From Eledone cirrhosa (Eukaryota): 64,000 nt of DNA. Below, one piece after another: positions 38,156 to 51,849 of this stretch; the first letter of the stretch is position 1; every line of letters begins with the position of its first letter. The DNA is taken from assembly GCA_964016885.1 (NCBI GenBank), contig OZ024740.1, positions 201,748,001 through 201,812,000 on the forward strand. The letters are read 5' to 3'. The notes under the pieces were generated by a model. The model was given only the letters and a program-made list of their open reading frames with translations, did not search any database and was not told the DNA's origin. The translations under genes were made by a program, and so were the position numbers.

Positions 38156-38523
38156 TCATCATCATCATATTACGTCCACTTTTCCCTACTTGCAAGGGTG
38201 TGATGGGTCCTATCCAGCACAGCATCTCTCCACTTGTCACAGTCCTTCGTCATCTCCTCCATGAGCTTCAACGATCTAAGGTCCGCTCTCACCACCTCCG
38301 CCCATGTTTTTCGTGGTCTTCCACTACTGCGTCTTCCTTCTACTGGCATTTCTTGGCACTTCTTTACCCGGCGGTCATCCTCCATGCGCATCAAATGTCC
38401 ATACCATCGCAGTCTTCTCTCCCGCACACTACAACTTATCCCTCTTATACACAGTTTCTCTCTCAACTCATCCATACTTGGTCATTCACGTACATTGACA
38501 TTACACATCCAACGGAGCATGCT
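38156..38523 (-). mobile_element. 3' fragment of RTE LINE subfamily C (almost no 3'UTR)
   Basis: ORF 38170-38475 RRLRWYGHLMRM...GRPRKTW...REKWT*, immediately followed by (GAT)n; (TA)n on both sides. Confidence 0.88.
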
Positions 38524-38547
38524 TATATATATATATATTATATATAT

Positions 38548-39015
38548 AACTGTTTCTACTTTTGGCACAAGGCCAGCAATTATCCAGTACATTACTGGTA
38601 CTTTATTTTATCGACCTTTAAGGATGAAAGGCAAAGTTGACCTCGGCGGGATTTGAACTCAGAATGGAAAGATCCGTAACTCTATGCGTCAAAGCATATC
38701 GTCCGACCCTCTACCGATACTGCCAATATATATAACAACAGTATACCAACCCAAACCAGCATGGAAATAGAAATGATGATGATGATAATGATAATGACTG
38801 AAACCAGTAAAAGCACACACACACACAATCAAAATAATTGTTTCTACTTTTGGCACAGGCCAGCAATATCCAGTGCATTACTGGTACTTTATTTTATCGA
38901 CCCCGTAAGGACGAAAGGTAAAGTTAACCTCGGCGGGATTTGAACTCAGATCATAAAGGGAGGTAACTATGCTTCAAAGCATAAGCATAGCATCCGACCC
39001 TCTACCGATACTGCC
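38548..39015 (-). mobile_element. Two near-full-length tRNA-derived SINEs
   Basis: 38548-38727 and 38832-39015, each with the ggcagtatcggtagagggtcgga head on the minus strand. Confidence 0.88.
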
Positions 39016-39200
39016 GTGCAGGTAAGTTATGCACACATACATATATTTTAGGTTTCTTAACCCTTTAGCATTTAAACAGGCTGTATCCGGCCAGAATTTT
39101 CTCACCTATTTCTGTTCAAACTGGCTGTACCTGGCCGCTCATACCAATTTTGTTACAGATAAAAGTTTGTTGGGTTTTTTTCTTTTTCTTTTGATTATTT

Positions 39201-39872
39201 AAAAATTGTGCACCTTCTCTTTATAAAGTATTCATTTTATGTGAATATGTATAAAATTGTGCACCTTCTCTTTATAAAGTATTCATTTTATGTGAATATG
39301 TATAAAATTGTGCACCTTCTCTTTATAAAGTATTCATTTTATGTGAATATGTATAAAATTGTGCACCTTCTCTTTATAAAGTATTCATTTTATGTGAATA
39401 TGTATAAAATTGTGCACCTTCTCTTTATAAAGTATTCATTTTATGTGAATATGTATAAAATTGTGCACCTTCTCTTTATAAAGTATTCATTTTATGTGAA
39501 TATGTATAAAATTGTGCACCTTCTCTTTATAAAGTATTCATTTTATGTGAATATGTATAAAATTGTGCACCTTCTCTTTATAAAGTATTCATTTTATGTG
39601 AATATGTATAAAATTGTGCACCTTCTCTTTATAAAGTATTCATTTTATGTGAATATGTATAAAATTGTGCACCTTCTCTTTATAAAGTATTCATTTTATG
39701 TGAATATGTATAAAATTGTGCACCTTCTCTTTATAAAGTATTCATTTTATGTGAATATGTATAAAATTGTGCACCTTCTCTTTATAAAGTATTCATTTTA
39801 TGTGAATATGTATAAAATTGTGCACCTTCTCTTTATAAAGTATTCATTTTATATGAATATGTATAAAATTGT
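39201..39872. repeat. 51-bp minisatellite, ~13 near-perfect copies
   Basis: Unit aaaattgtgcaccttctctttataaagtattcattttatgtgaatatgtat. Confidence 0.97.
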
Positions 39873-40830
39873 AAAATTACTGTTCTTTACTTTCTGAGTT
39901 CAAACTCCTCCAAGCTAAACTTTGCCCTCCTTCATCCTTCCAGGTTCAATAAAATAAAGCACCAGCTAATTTGTGCATAAATTAGAAACCATTTGCCTTC
40001 CATCCTTACGGGGTCGATAAAATAAAGCACCAGTAATACACTGAGGTAATTGCTGGCCTTGTGCCAAAAGTAGAAACAATATAGGCAGTACTGGATTGGC
40101 AGAATCGGTAGAGCGTCGGACAACATGGTCTGTGGCATAGAGTTACGTCCTTTTACATTCTGAGTTCAAATCCTGCCGAGGTTAGCTTTGCCTTACAGGG
40201 TTGATAAAATAAAGTACAAGTTACGCACTGGGATCAATTTAATCGATTTTCACCTTTCCCCAATATTTTAGCCTTGTGCCTAAATCAGAAACCATTTTTA
40301 TAGGCAGTGAAAGTCAGTGAATTGGCAAAGCACTGCATTCAAATTCTGCCAAGGTCAGTTTTGCCTTTCATCTTTTTAGGGGTTGATGAAATAAAGCCCC
40401 AGTCCTGAGGTAGTGGATTGAGGGAATTGTTAAGAGTCAGATAGAATTCTTTGGAGTATCTGATCTGACTGATCATTCTCAGTTTAAATATCAGCAAAAG
40501 AGAGGCCAATAGAAACAGTTTCCTTGGTCTCATGTGACAACCGGCTTCTTTCCTTCTGTATAAGAAGAGAATACTCCCAATCTTCAATCACAGAGAGGGA
40601 GAAACATTGTCAAAAGAAAAAAAACCTTAGTATGTTATTGTATAACAACGCAAGATTTAAAAGAACTCAGAAAAATACACAACACATTTAAGTGTGGACT
40701 TAACTATATTTTCTATTTTTAAGTTGGTATCTAATTTTAAAAACCTGTAATAAGTAGAGAAAAAAAGTGCATGTGTGTGTAAGTTTGTATGTATGTGTGT
40801 ATACATGCCTGTATATATGTGTGCAAACAT

Positions 40831-40888
<58 letters not shown>

Positions 40889-41973
40889 TTTCCAAGCTTC
40901 ACAAATAAATTTGTGTTGACATTTAAATGGAAACAACGAGTGTATAACTAGTTGACTAGTTTCTAGGAGGGAGAGTTAGTCTCATTCATAAAATAAATCT
41001 AAGCCTTGCTCAAAAAATAACTGACATAAGTTACTGGTACAAAATTGGTACATTGTATGAAGACAACAGCAATATGATCAGCATCATACTTTGTTTTGTT
41101 TTCCATGCTGGCATGGGTCGAACGGGACTTTTTCAGGCAGGATGCCCTCCCTGGTGAGAACCCGTTTAGTCATCTCTTACGACATGCAAAAATATGTTGT
41201 ACCCAGGGCCGAATTTAATGGTCGTAGCAATTGATTTGTGCTCTCAGCTGGGCTTTATAGTTTTAGAATGGTTAGAATTTTTTTTTAATTTGATACCCCC
41301 TATGTATAACTTTTCAATTCCAATTACTTGCACCAAGCTAACTTTGATATGTAAAATTGGGGGAGTTTGCTGTGTATTCTATTTTTTTGTGTTTGAGGGA
41401 CACCCAAACCTGCATTAGTAAGATAGATTGTCACAGTCAGAAATCAGACAGGTTAGAGCAACCCTATCTTGATCATATGTCCCATGTTTTACATGATTTC
41501 TATGGTTGGATACCTTTCTAACTGCCAACCACCTTACAGGGTGTACTGGGTGCATTTTTTTCTTTTTTTTTTATTCTTGTGGCACCAACCCTTCCATTTT
41601 ACAGAGTATACTGGGTACATTTTATTGTGGCAGCAACACAAGAGAGGTTGTCACATGTTCGTCCAGACTGAAGGTTCTATCAAACTATGCTGTCTCTGAT
41701 CACCAACACTGTAGACTCCAGTTTCTCAGAATGTTTACTTTTACATTTAGTGACACATTAATTAAGATTTGTCAGGAATACAAAATTAATAAATAAACAA
41801 TTAAATATCATAACATGTCCCATTATACACAGAGTTGGCAGATCTCAAATATATACTTCACAGTCAAATATTTATAGAAGTTGATCAGACTTGACTTAAT
41901 TTCATGACATACAGTTTACAAATCTCAGTTCTAACACCACACATGATTCTATGATAGAAAACTGTTGTTTTAA

Positions 41974-42191
41974 CCCTTTAGCATTTACATTACTCTATAT
42001 ATACTATTATATTTTCATGGTAAAGGTTTTACCTCACATAACTATCTCACATAATATCGAATCTATGAGATTATGATATTGATTTTGAGAACAATACCTT
42101 AACATCAGTATGAGCAGCTGGTTACAGCCAGTTTGGACAGAAAGAGGTGAGAGAATTCTGACCGAATACAGCCAGTTTAAATGCCAAAGGG
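41974..42191. mobile_element. piggyBac-type MITE (family A)
   Basis: TTAA|ccctttagcattta ... taaatgccaaaggg|ctaa; interior is the reverse complement of 14511-14673 but longer. Confidence 0.85.
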
Positions 42192-42550
42192 CTAAATTGT
42201 TTATACTTCATAATTTCATGTCATAACTTTTTGTGAAATAATGTTCCAAACACCAACTTAATAATGACAAAGTTATTTTACTCCAAATTCTTGATTCTTT
42301 TCAAAATTATTTGAAACACATTGGCAGTGCATTTCACTAGAAATATAGTAATGAATGGGTTAAACAAAGACAGGCATAACTGAAAACATGTTTCTTTAAC
42401 CCTTTCACTACCATATTTCTGATGAAAAACACTGCCTATGGTTCTCAAATAATTTTTTAAAATTAATTTAAAGGGATTTAGTAAAATAATTAAATTTGTA
42501 TTTATCAAGCTGGTGTCTAACATAAAATTATGATGGAAGCTTTTTAAATG

Positions 42551-42717
42551 ATTATAAACAGTTTAAAATAAATAATTGTTTCTACTTTTGGCACAAGGCC
42601 AGCAATTATCCCAGTGCATTACTGGTACTTTATTTTATCGACCCCGTAAGGATGAAGGGCAAAGTTAACCTCGGCAGGATTGGAACTGACTGTAAAGGGC
42701 CGTAACTCTATGCTGCA
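42551..42717 (-). mobile_element. tRNA-derived SINE inside a family-B MITE
   Basis: Matches the other copies. The host MITE starts ttaaccctttcactacc at about 42397 and ends aaagagttaa at about 42771. Confidence 0.8.
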
Positions 42718-44130
42718 ATAATAACATAGAATTAGGGGTGATTTCAGGCAGTTTGGTATCTAAAGAGTTAATGGTGAAATAGCAATGAGATGTCGTGTTA
42801 AAAACAAACTGAAATAGTTGAAGTTTATAAAATGCTCTATAAACATCACAAGATATTTTCAAAATAGAAGTTATTTATATCTAATGATGTAGCTATACAG
42901 AAAGCCTGGTAATTCCATGAAAAAGTTTTTTAAAAAATCCAAGGACAAGAATAGAATCAAAGACATCAACAAGCTAGGTACTAGAAACCTTCCTAATGAT
43001 AAGCTTAAAGGGAGTAGCACCTACAGTATTCACAATGTAATTATAATAATGTGATTTAAACCTATAATATGTCTCGTGAAAGACGCTGCATATAATTTTC
43101 GAAAAACTTTGAAAAATAATCAAGAACTTTGAAAGATTTACTAATATAACTAACTTTCTCACTAAGCTGGTGACTGGTACATATGTTAAAGGTTCTTACA
43201 TAAAATTGACTGAAGCTTTTTAGATAAATATAAACACTATATAACAGTTTTAGTACTGTAGAGAAGCAGAAGTGGTTTAATCCAGATATCAAAAGTTAAG
43301 ACCAACAAGTATAGCTGTCATTGTTCCTCTCCCTCCACTATCATCTTATCACATTCATATTCATACCCTCTTTTCATTTAACCTCATGGCCACCACCTCT
43401 TAAAATTAAAGCCCCTGGGCATTTTTGCACCAAAGAATGGAGATAACAGACTGGAGAGAATGACGTTTCGATATAAGAGGCAAGACAACATTTCTAGTGT
43501 TGGCACCACAATAAAATGCACTCAATACATTCTGTAAAGTGGTTGACATAACAACCTCTCTAGTACTGGTTCCACAGTAAAATACACCAGGTGAACTCTG
43601 GTAGGTAAGTCGTTGGTGTTAAGAAGGCATTCAGCTGTAGAAATCATGCCAATAATTGGAATGTCTAAGTGAAACATCCTCTGAGTGAAAAATGAGGGCA
43701 GTAACTGTGAATAACAAACTTAAACCCTAACAACTCAACCAACATATGACAACATAGAAGCAACACAAACATTTTAGGACCATTTCCCTTGCAAAAGCAG
43801 GGGCTAACCTTGCAAATCATACAACATATCCATCATGGAGTGCTTTCTGGGACAGTGTTTATGACCAGATACCCTTCCTGGTGCCAACACTTTTAGTTAA
43901 CTCCTTTGACATACAAGGCTATGGTGTACCTATTCTAAACTGGATACAGAAGATGAGATTAATAAGCAGAAACAATCTTAGCATGATTAAAATAGGAAGT
44001 AATGATGTGTTGATCTACTGTCAGTATTATGTAAGGTTTTATGGGAACTGTTATTAGACTAATTGAGTCATAGGGACACTGTTACAGTTTATAGCATGTC
44101 TTGAGCATTTTTGACTTTAACATACCTGAT

Positions 44131-44188
<58 letters not shown>

Positions 44189-47100
44189 AGTGGGAACACC
44201 CTCCTTATTCATTAGTGCACTGGTACTTTTTTTTTTATTGACTCCGAAAAGCATGAAAGGCAAAATTACCCTTGTCAGAATTTGAACCCAGTTCGCAAGG
44301 AGCCGGAATGAATAGCACAAAGCATTCTATCTGATGCCCTGCCAATTCTACCAAATCATCACCTAATACTCTGCTAGTTCAACATTTAATTTTAGACTTC
44401 AACTAAGTGGACAAAGCACTCATCTATAAAACCTCTGCGTGTGGGGAGGAGGAGGCAGTATGAAATTCCAGTTGCAACTATTCAGTGTAAGAAGGATTAA
44501 GCTTTATACATAAGTGGGTTGTGTAAATTTAGAATACTTAAACTAGGTGTGTCATACTTATTTCTCTGGTCATTTGCAACACTTGATTATTTGTAAACGT
44601 TCATGTTATTTTACAAATGTAACAAGTATTATCATGCCATACCAGATATCTAGCTGATAATTGAACTAAAAACAGCAAAAAGCTTGCTAATTGACATAGG
44701 ATATAGTATGCATGAATGACCAACAAAAAAGAATCTGTATCTTCATTCCATTGCAGTTCATACAGTCTTCTCTATAAACAGGTGTCAAGATTAAATATGC
44801 AGATCTTCATTTTAATACTTTCCTGAGTCACAGATTCAATTAATCATGTATGAAGTATAAGTAAAGGCATAAAATACATAAATAATTTTAAAGTCAGTAG
44901 TTTAAAGTATAATTTGATAGGCAAAAGAAAAGGAAAAAAACAATAGAAGACAACCACAAGCTCCATAACATACATAAGTGTGTGCCCATGAAACATAAAT
45001 ATACACCAGGTCTGAACACAAAGGAACCAAACTCTGACTGTCACTGCCTCCGTTTCTCCCCATCTCTCACTATTATGAGCAAATGGGAGCCCACGTTGTT
45101 ATTCTAGTAAGGTGCAGGAACGAAGTGAGATGCAATCTCCCAGGCTGCTGGTGATCCATCCAACACTTGCTAGCAGGAAAAGTGGATGTTAAACAATGAT
45201 GATGATAACGATTTCAACTAGGGAGAGGTTCGGGGGATTCTCTAATATTGAAATACACTCAGTACTCCTTTGTAAAGAAGTGAATGAACAGACCAAGACA
45301 GTGGAGAGTGTGATGATTTGTACTCAGTACACACTGTAAAGTGGTTGGTGTTAAGAAGAGCATTCCGCTATAGAAACCCTAGTAAATATGGAATGTATGG
45401 CAAGATATGGTTCTCTGACTAGTCAAGGCTCAAACTATGACAACCTGTCCAATCAATTCTAGCATAGCAAACATGTAAAATGATAATAGAGCACTTGATT
45501 ATCAGAATTGTTAGAGTAGAAGTTTCAAAATAATGTCATGACACTTTAGAATGTAACTGATATCTCTAGGTGTGCCATGAAACTAAATTTTGATCAATTT
45601 TTACAAATATTTTGTTGTGAAGTATTTATCTGAAATCTGACAACTCTGCATAATTAATTAGACATGTAACTGGTAGCATATGATATAATATTTAATTATT
45701 TATATATTTTGTGTCCCTAATAAACTTTAATGAGGAATTTAGTAAAATAATTATTTCATTACGAAGTCAAAGTTTTGAACATAACTTAAAAAGTTCTTCT
45801 TCACTTACTCATTCCTAAGAGATCATAGGGGCAAAGTCCCTAAAGAGCTGTTCTGTCAGAGAACAGGTCGCAGATGGTGGATAGTGATACGGTCGCTAAA
45901 TGTTATGATGGTTAGTTGTGATATAAGTGAGCACCTGCTGGATGAATAAGCAACCTTGGACCAACAGCAGTAAACTACTAGAGGACATGGAGCAATGGGT
46001 ATCAGTTAGCTCACAAGAAAACTCTCAGTAATGTAGCTACAACGAGGCAAGTAAAATTTGCCTCTAAAAAAGCCTAGTCTCTGCAGGTCTGAGAAAAGTA
46101 CCAAATTGGTGATTGGCACAAATGAGACCACCAAAACACTGCAATAAGGCTATTTAAAAATTCTTACATAAAATTATGTTGGAAAGTTTTAATATAAATA
46201 TGAATTTTCAGATCAGGCAGTTTTGTAACAAAGAACCAGGTTAAAAGGGTTAGAATTTAGAGAGGATGGTTTCAAAATGTGTCTCTATTCTCTAGATGTG
46301 TCATGGAATTATGTAAATTTTTATCAATTTTTACAAATGTTTGGCTATGAAGCATATATCTGAGATCTAGCAAGTCTGTATAATTAGGTGCGACTGGTGA
46401 AGTGATATGATATTTATCTATAAATTTTGTTAATTTTGTGTCGCTAACAAAACTTCTATTGAACTAAACAAACTCGGATGCTCCCAAGAAGTGACCTCCA
46501 GTAGACACAATTGTCCATAGCAGCTGGCAGATCCTCCAATTCTATACCAGTCTAGTTTCACTAAAACCATTGGTGAACTTGAAGCTACAGTAGAAGACCG
46601 AATATCTTTGTGGAGCAAGATGCTTATGCTGGTATGGACAGATAATGCATATAGATGATGATTGCTGAGTGAAGAAGTTCCAGATAGAAGGAAGCCATGG
46701 AAGAAGGCCATGGCAGACATGGACAGAAGTGGTGAAGACTGATTCCCACAAATGAGATGACAAAAGAGATGAGTGGGAGAATAACCAATACAAATATGGA
46801 AAAACTAACGTAGAAATGATGAGGATGAGGAGGAGGATGGTGGTGGTGATGGTGATGATGGTGATGGTGGTGGTGGTGATGATGGTGATGATGATGATGA
46901 TGATGAGGAGGAGGATCTTATTACATAAGCGTATTTGATCTGGTATAAAGAGAAGTAACCATATACATAACCCTTACTGTTGCTTTTGTTGTTGTTCATA
47001 TTTAGCTTAAGCAAGTGAAAGCCAAGTTATTTTCTAGATATAGAATTAGTCAAGCACTGGCTAACTTTGCAGGCTAATGTTACAGGCTAACTTTGCAGTC

Positions 47101-47320
47101 TAACTTTCCTAATAGGTTAGACTGAAGTAGATATATAACATTATATAACAGTTTTATGCTTTCTTCAAAGACAACATACCACCAACAGGAGTAGTTAAAT
47201 TCTTGATCAAATGTATAAAACTATGTTTTGGCACATAATCAATACATAAACACTACATACATACTTGTCTTAACTAATGTGTGTGTGTATACATACACAC
47301 ACGCACCACATACATACCTC

Positions 47321-47360
<40 letters not shown>

Positions 47361-48267
47361 GTGCACACACATACACAACATATACATAACTTTCTTAACT
47401 ACACATAATTCAAATGTATGTATTTATATACACCATATACATAGCTCTTTTAACTGAACTACACAGAACTCAAATACATGTTGGAGTTAGATAGCAAATT
47501 CCATCGACATCATTATTTTTACATCTGCATTTCCATGCTAGAATGGGTTGAACAGCATATTTTGGGGCAGTATTTTACAGCCAAGTGTCATTCTTGACAC
47601 CAATTCTTTTAGTCAACACTTTACAGCATTCAGGGATGTGGTGTATCAACTCTAAAAACTGCTATATGCACATGTTACAGAAATTTATATTTCCTCATTT
47701 GCATAAAGGAACATTAAACTCCAAGATCAACATCTTATTAAGTGAATCCAAATAAGGTTAGAAATTGATTACTTATAATATCAATATAAAAACACAAAAA
47801 AAAACATTAGAATGGTATCAGACTATTATTTCAGTGTTTCCCAAAGTAAGTTCCATAAAAAATAATAAAATTGTGCGTGTGTGCACGCGCGTACATGTGT
47901 GTTTGTGCGTGTACGTGTGTGTTTGTTTGTTTATTCTTTTACTAATTTCAGTCATTACACAGTGGCCATGACTGGGCACCACCTTGATTTAGTGGATCAC
48001 AACAACCCCAGGACTTTTATTCAAGTCTGGTGCTTATTTTATCAATCTTTCTCTTTTTGAAACACTAATTTGTTGGACACAAACATAGATACAGATATAA
48101 ACATGGACACGGACACACACACACGTGTGCGTGCACGCATGCATTCACGCTTTTGTAGTCTGCATCTACCAAATTCTACTCACTAGGCATTGGTCAACTG
48201 AAGCTATTGTAGAAGACATTTGCCCAACGTGACATGCAGCTAGACCGAATCCCGAACCACATGTTTG

Positions 48268-49500
48268 CAAAATGTACTCCTTAACCATACAGCCATGTCT
48301 ACATCTATATATATGTAAGGCAGTAGAGAAGGTGCCCTGACAAAATGTACTCCTTAACCACACAGCCATGTCTACATCTATATATCTGTAAGGCAGTAGA
48401 GAAGGTGCCCTGACAAAATGCACTCCTTAACCAAACAGACATGTCTACACCTATATATCTGTAAAGCAGTAGAGAATGTGCCCTGACAAAATGCACTCCT
48501 TAACCACACAGCCATGTCTACACCTCTATATCTGTAAAGCAGTAGAGAAGGTGCCCTGACAAAATGTACTCCTTAACCACACAGCCATGTCTACACCTAT
48601 ATATCTGTAAAGCAGTAGAGAAGGTGCCCTGACAAAATGTACTCCTTAACCACACAGCCATGTCTACACCTCTATATCTGTAAAGCAGTAGAGAATGTGC
48701 CCTGACAAAATGCACTCCTTAACCACACAGCCATGTCTACACCTATATATCTGTAAAGCAGTAGAGAATGTGCCCTGACAAAATGCACTCCTTAACCACA
48801 CAGCCATGTCTACATCTATATATCTGTAAGGCAGTAGAGAAGGTGCCCTGACAAAATGCACTCCTTAACCACACAGACATGTCTACACCTATATATCTGT
48901 AAAGCAGTAGAGAATGTGCCCTGACAAAATGCACTCCTTAACCACACAGCCATGTCTACACCTATATATCTGTAAAGCAGTAGAGAATGTGCCCCGACAA
49001 AATGTACTCCTTAACCACACAGCCATGTCGACACCTATATATCTGTAAAGCAGTAGAGAATGTGCCCCGACAAAATGTACTCCTTAACCACACAGCCATA
49101 TCTACACCTCTATCTGTAAGGCAGTAGAGAAGGTGCCCTGACAAAATGTACTCCTTAACCACACAGCCATGTCTACACCTATATATCTGTAAAGCAGTAG
49201 AGAATGTGCCCCGACAAAATGTACTCCTCAACCACACAGCTATATCTACACCTCTATCTGTAAGGCAGTAGAGAAGGTGCCCTGACAAAATGTACTCCTT
49301 AACCACACAGCCATGTCTACACCTATATATCTGTAAGGCAGTAGAGAATGTGCCCCGACAAAATGTACTCCTTAACCACACAGCCATATCTACACCTCTA
49401 TCTGTAAGGCAGTAGAGAAGGTGCCCTGGTAAAATGCACTCCTTAACTACGCAGCCATGTCTACACCTATATATCTGTAAGGTGCCCTGATAAAATGCAC
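48268..49500. repeat. 73-bp (some 69-bp) tandem array, ~17 copies
   Basis: Unit caaaatgYactccttaaccacacagccatgtctacacctatatatctgtaaRgcagtagagaaKgtgccctga. Confidence 0.97.
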
Positions 49501-50236
49501 CCAATACACACTGCAAAGTAATTAGTGTTAGGAAAGGCATGCTGCCATAAACAGCACACCAAAATATAGAGCATATGAGCAAGATGAGGGTACAAGCAGT
49601 TGATGATGAAGATGATAAGTTCTAATAAAATATAGATTCTTTTCATTTAAGATAAACAGTATGGTAAAGGGTAAAAACTATACATCTCAACCCTGGAGGT
49701 TATATAAATCCTTGAGATATAGATTAAATACAATCACTTAAATTGCTTATAATTTGAGTACAGAAACTTCGAGCTATTTTACAGCATCCCTTGTTTTCTA
49801 TTTTATTTCTCTGTTTCATTTTCTTAAACATAATCTGACTCCCATCAGCCTTAAATATTTGGGATTTTTTTTTTTCTTCCCTTTAAAATTTTTTTATTAT
49901 TACTTGTCTCACTAACTATTTCTGATTACCAACAGTAAGGAGTACTCGATACTCCCCCTATTCTATCACAGCTTTCTAGCTCTATACAGACGTTTAAATT
50001 GATTAAATAAATAAATAAATATGGCCATTTAGATTAGTTAGTGTGTATTTGATTTTGGGTTTTTTTCCCTGATTATTTACTGAATTTCTGCAATGAATAT
50101 TTAGGAAAATATAAATATCATTTGCTGTCTTCAGACAGTTAACCATTTAACTATATTAAATCCACATTTCAATAGCACTTGGTAACATGCATGTGTTAGT
50201 GTATATGTATGTGTGTGTGCTCGCGTGCACGCACGC

Positions 50237-50273
<37 letters not shown>

Positions 50274-50529
50274 TGTAAAAAGTTAATATTTCATAAACCA
50301 TAAACGTCTCTTACAAGACTAGTTCTGTTTCACAAAGTCTCTAGGAAATAAAAAAAAAATTATAAATAAATATATTTTAGATGTAAGGTTGTGAATTTGA
50401 TTCATGGCATCACATCATGTCCTTGAGCAAGTCACTATTTCAGTCTATTTAACTGGCACAAATGAGTTATACCTATTATGCAAAGGGTCAGCCTTGTCAC
50501 ACACTGAATCTCCCTGAGAACTACATTAA

Positions 50530-51013
50530 CCCTTTGGTATTTAAACTGGCTGTATCCGGCCAGAATTCTGTCACCTCTCTCTGTTCAAACCAGCTGTAAC
50601 CGGCCACTCATACTGATGTTGAGGTATTGTTCTCAAAATAAATAATTGTTTCTACTATTAGCACAAGGCCAGAAATTACCCAGTGCATTACTGGTACTTT
50701 ATTTTATCGACCCCGTAAGGATGAAAGGCAAAGTTCTCATAGATTCGATATTATGTGAGATAATTATGTAAGGTAAAGCCTTTACTGTGAAAATATAATT
50801 GTTTCTACTTTAGGCACAAGGCCAGCAATTACCCAGTGCATTACTGGTACTTTTATTTTATCGACCCCGTAAGGATGAAAGGCAAAGTCAACCTCGGCGG
50901 GATTTGAACTCAGATCGTAAAGGGACGTAACTATGCTGGAAAGCATGGTGTCTGACCCTCTACCGATACTGCCAATATAATAGTAAATATAAAGTAATGT
51001 AAATGGTAATGGG
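50530..51013. mobile_element. piggyBac-type MITE (family A) containing two SINE insertions
   Basis: TTAA|ccctttggtattta ... gtaaatggtaatggg|tta; minus-strand SINEs at about 50641-50734 and 50795-50975. Confidence 0.82.
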
Positions 51014-51332
51014 TTAGGTGTACACATAAACTCTGGATAATGACTCAGCCCATGTCAACCCATGCTAACATGGAAAGCTGCTTGATGATGATGATGCTAA
51101 AAACTATTCCCTATTTTTAATAGCTAAGAAATTAACCAAACAAGTAAACAAAGAAATGAGATTGCTATTATATGTAGTCTGTCATTTAATTATTTAATAA
51201 TGATGTTAATAAGCGTGTTTAATTAGGGTAACAATGTTTGATAGAAGAGATGTAAATTAAGACTAAATTTACCTACTTTTGTTGCATCTATATATATAGA
51301 GAGAAAGATAAACACACATATACACACATATT

Positions 51333-51640
51333 TGCATGGCTCAGTGGTGAGAGAGTTGGATTCACAATAATGAGGTTATGAGTTCGATACATAGACAGGA
51401 CAATGCATTGTGTCCTTGAGCAAGACACTTTATTTCACATTGCTCCAGTTTACTCAGCTGCAGAAATGAGTTGCAACGTCACTGGCCTTTCCCTTGGACA
51501 ACATCAATAGCATGGAGACAGGAGATTGGCATGCATTGGCAACTGTTGGTCTTCCACAAAAACACCTTGACCGGTCTTATGCCATGGAGGTGAACTTTCT
51601 AGGTGCAAAACCCATGGCCATTTCTGATTGAAGGGGGATC
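51333..51640 (+). mobile_element. tRNA/CORE-type SINE with a different tail
   Basis: tggctcagtgg A-box, gagttcgatac B-box, gtgtccttgagcaagacactttatttcacattgctccag domain. Confidence 0.75.
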
Positions 51641-51849
51641 TTTACCCTTTTCTCTCAAAATGAAGGGCAAATTATATGAGGCGTGTATATGAACTGGCAG
51701 ATTATATGAGGCATGTACACACACAGAATATATTTTCAAATGTTGGTATAGTATTACTAAAAAGAGAGTTAAGTAAAAAACTAATGAGCAATATAATTTC
51801 CAAATTACAATGAATGCAGAATTGCACAATGGTGCAATAACGGAGAGAG

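Noticed and set aside
39208-39897. 229-aa repeat protein
   Set aside because: 51-bp minisatellite with no splice or start context and no domain.
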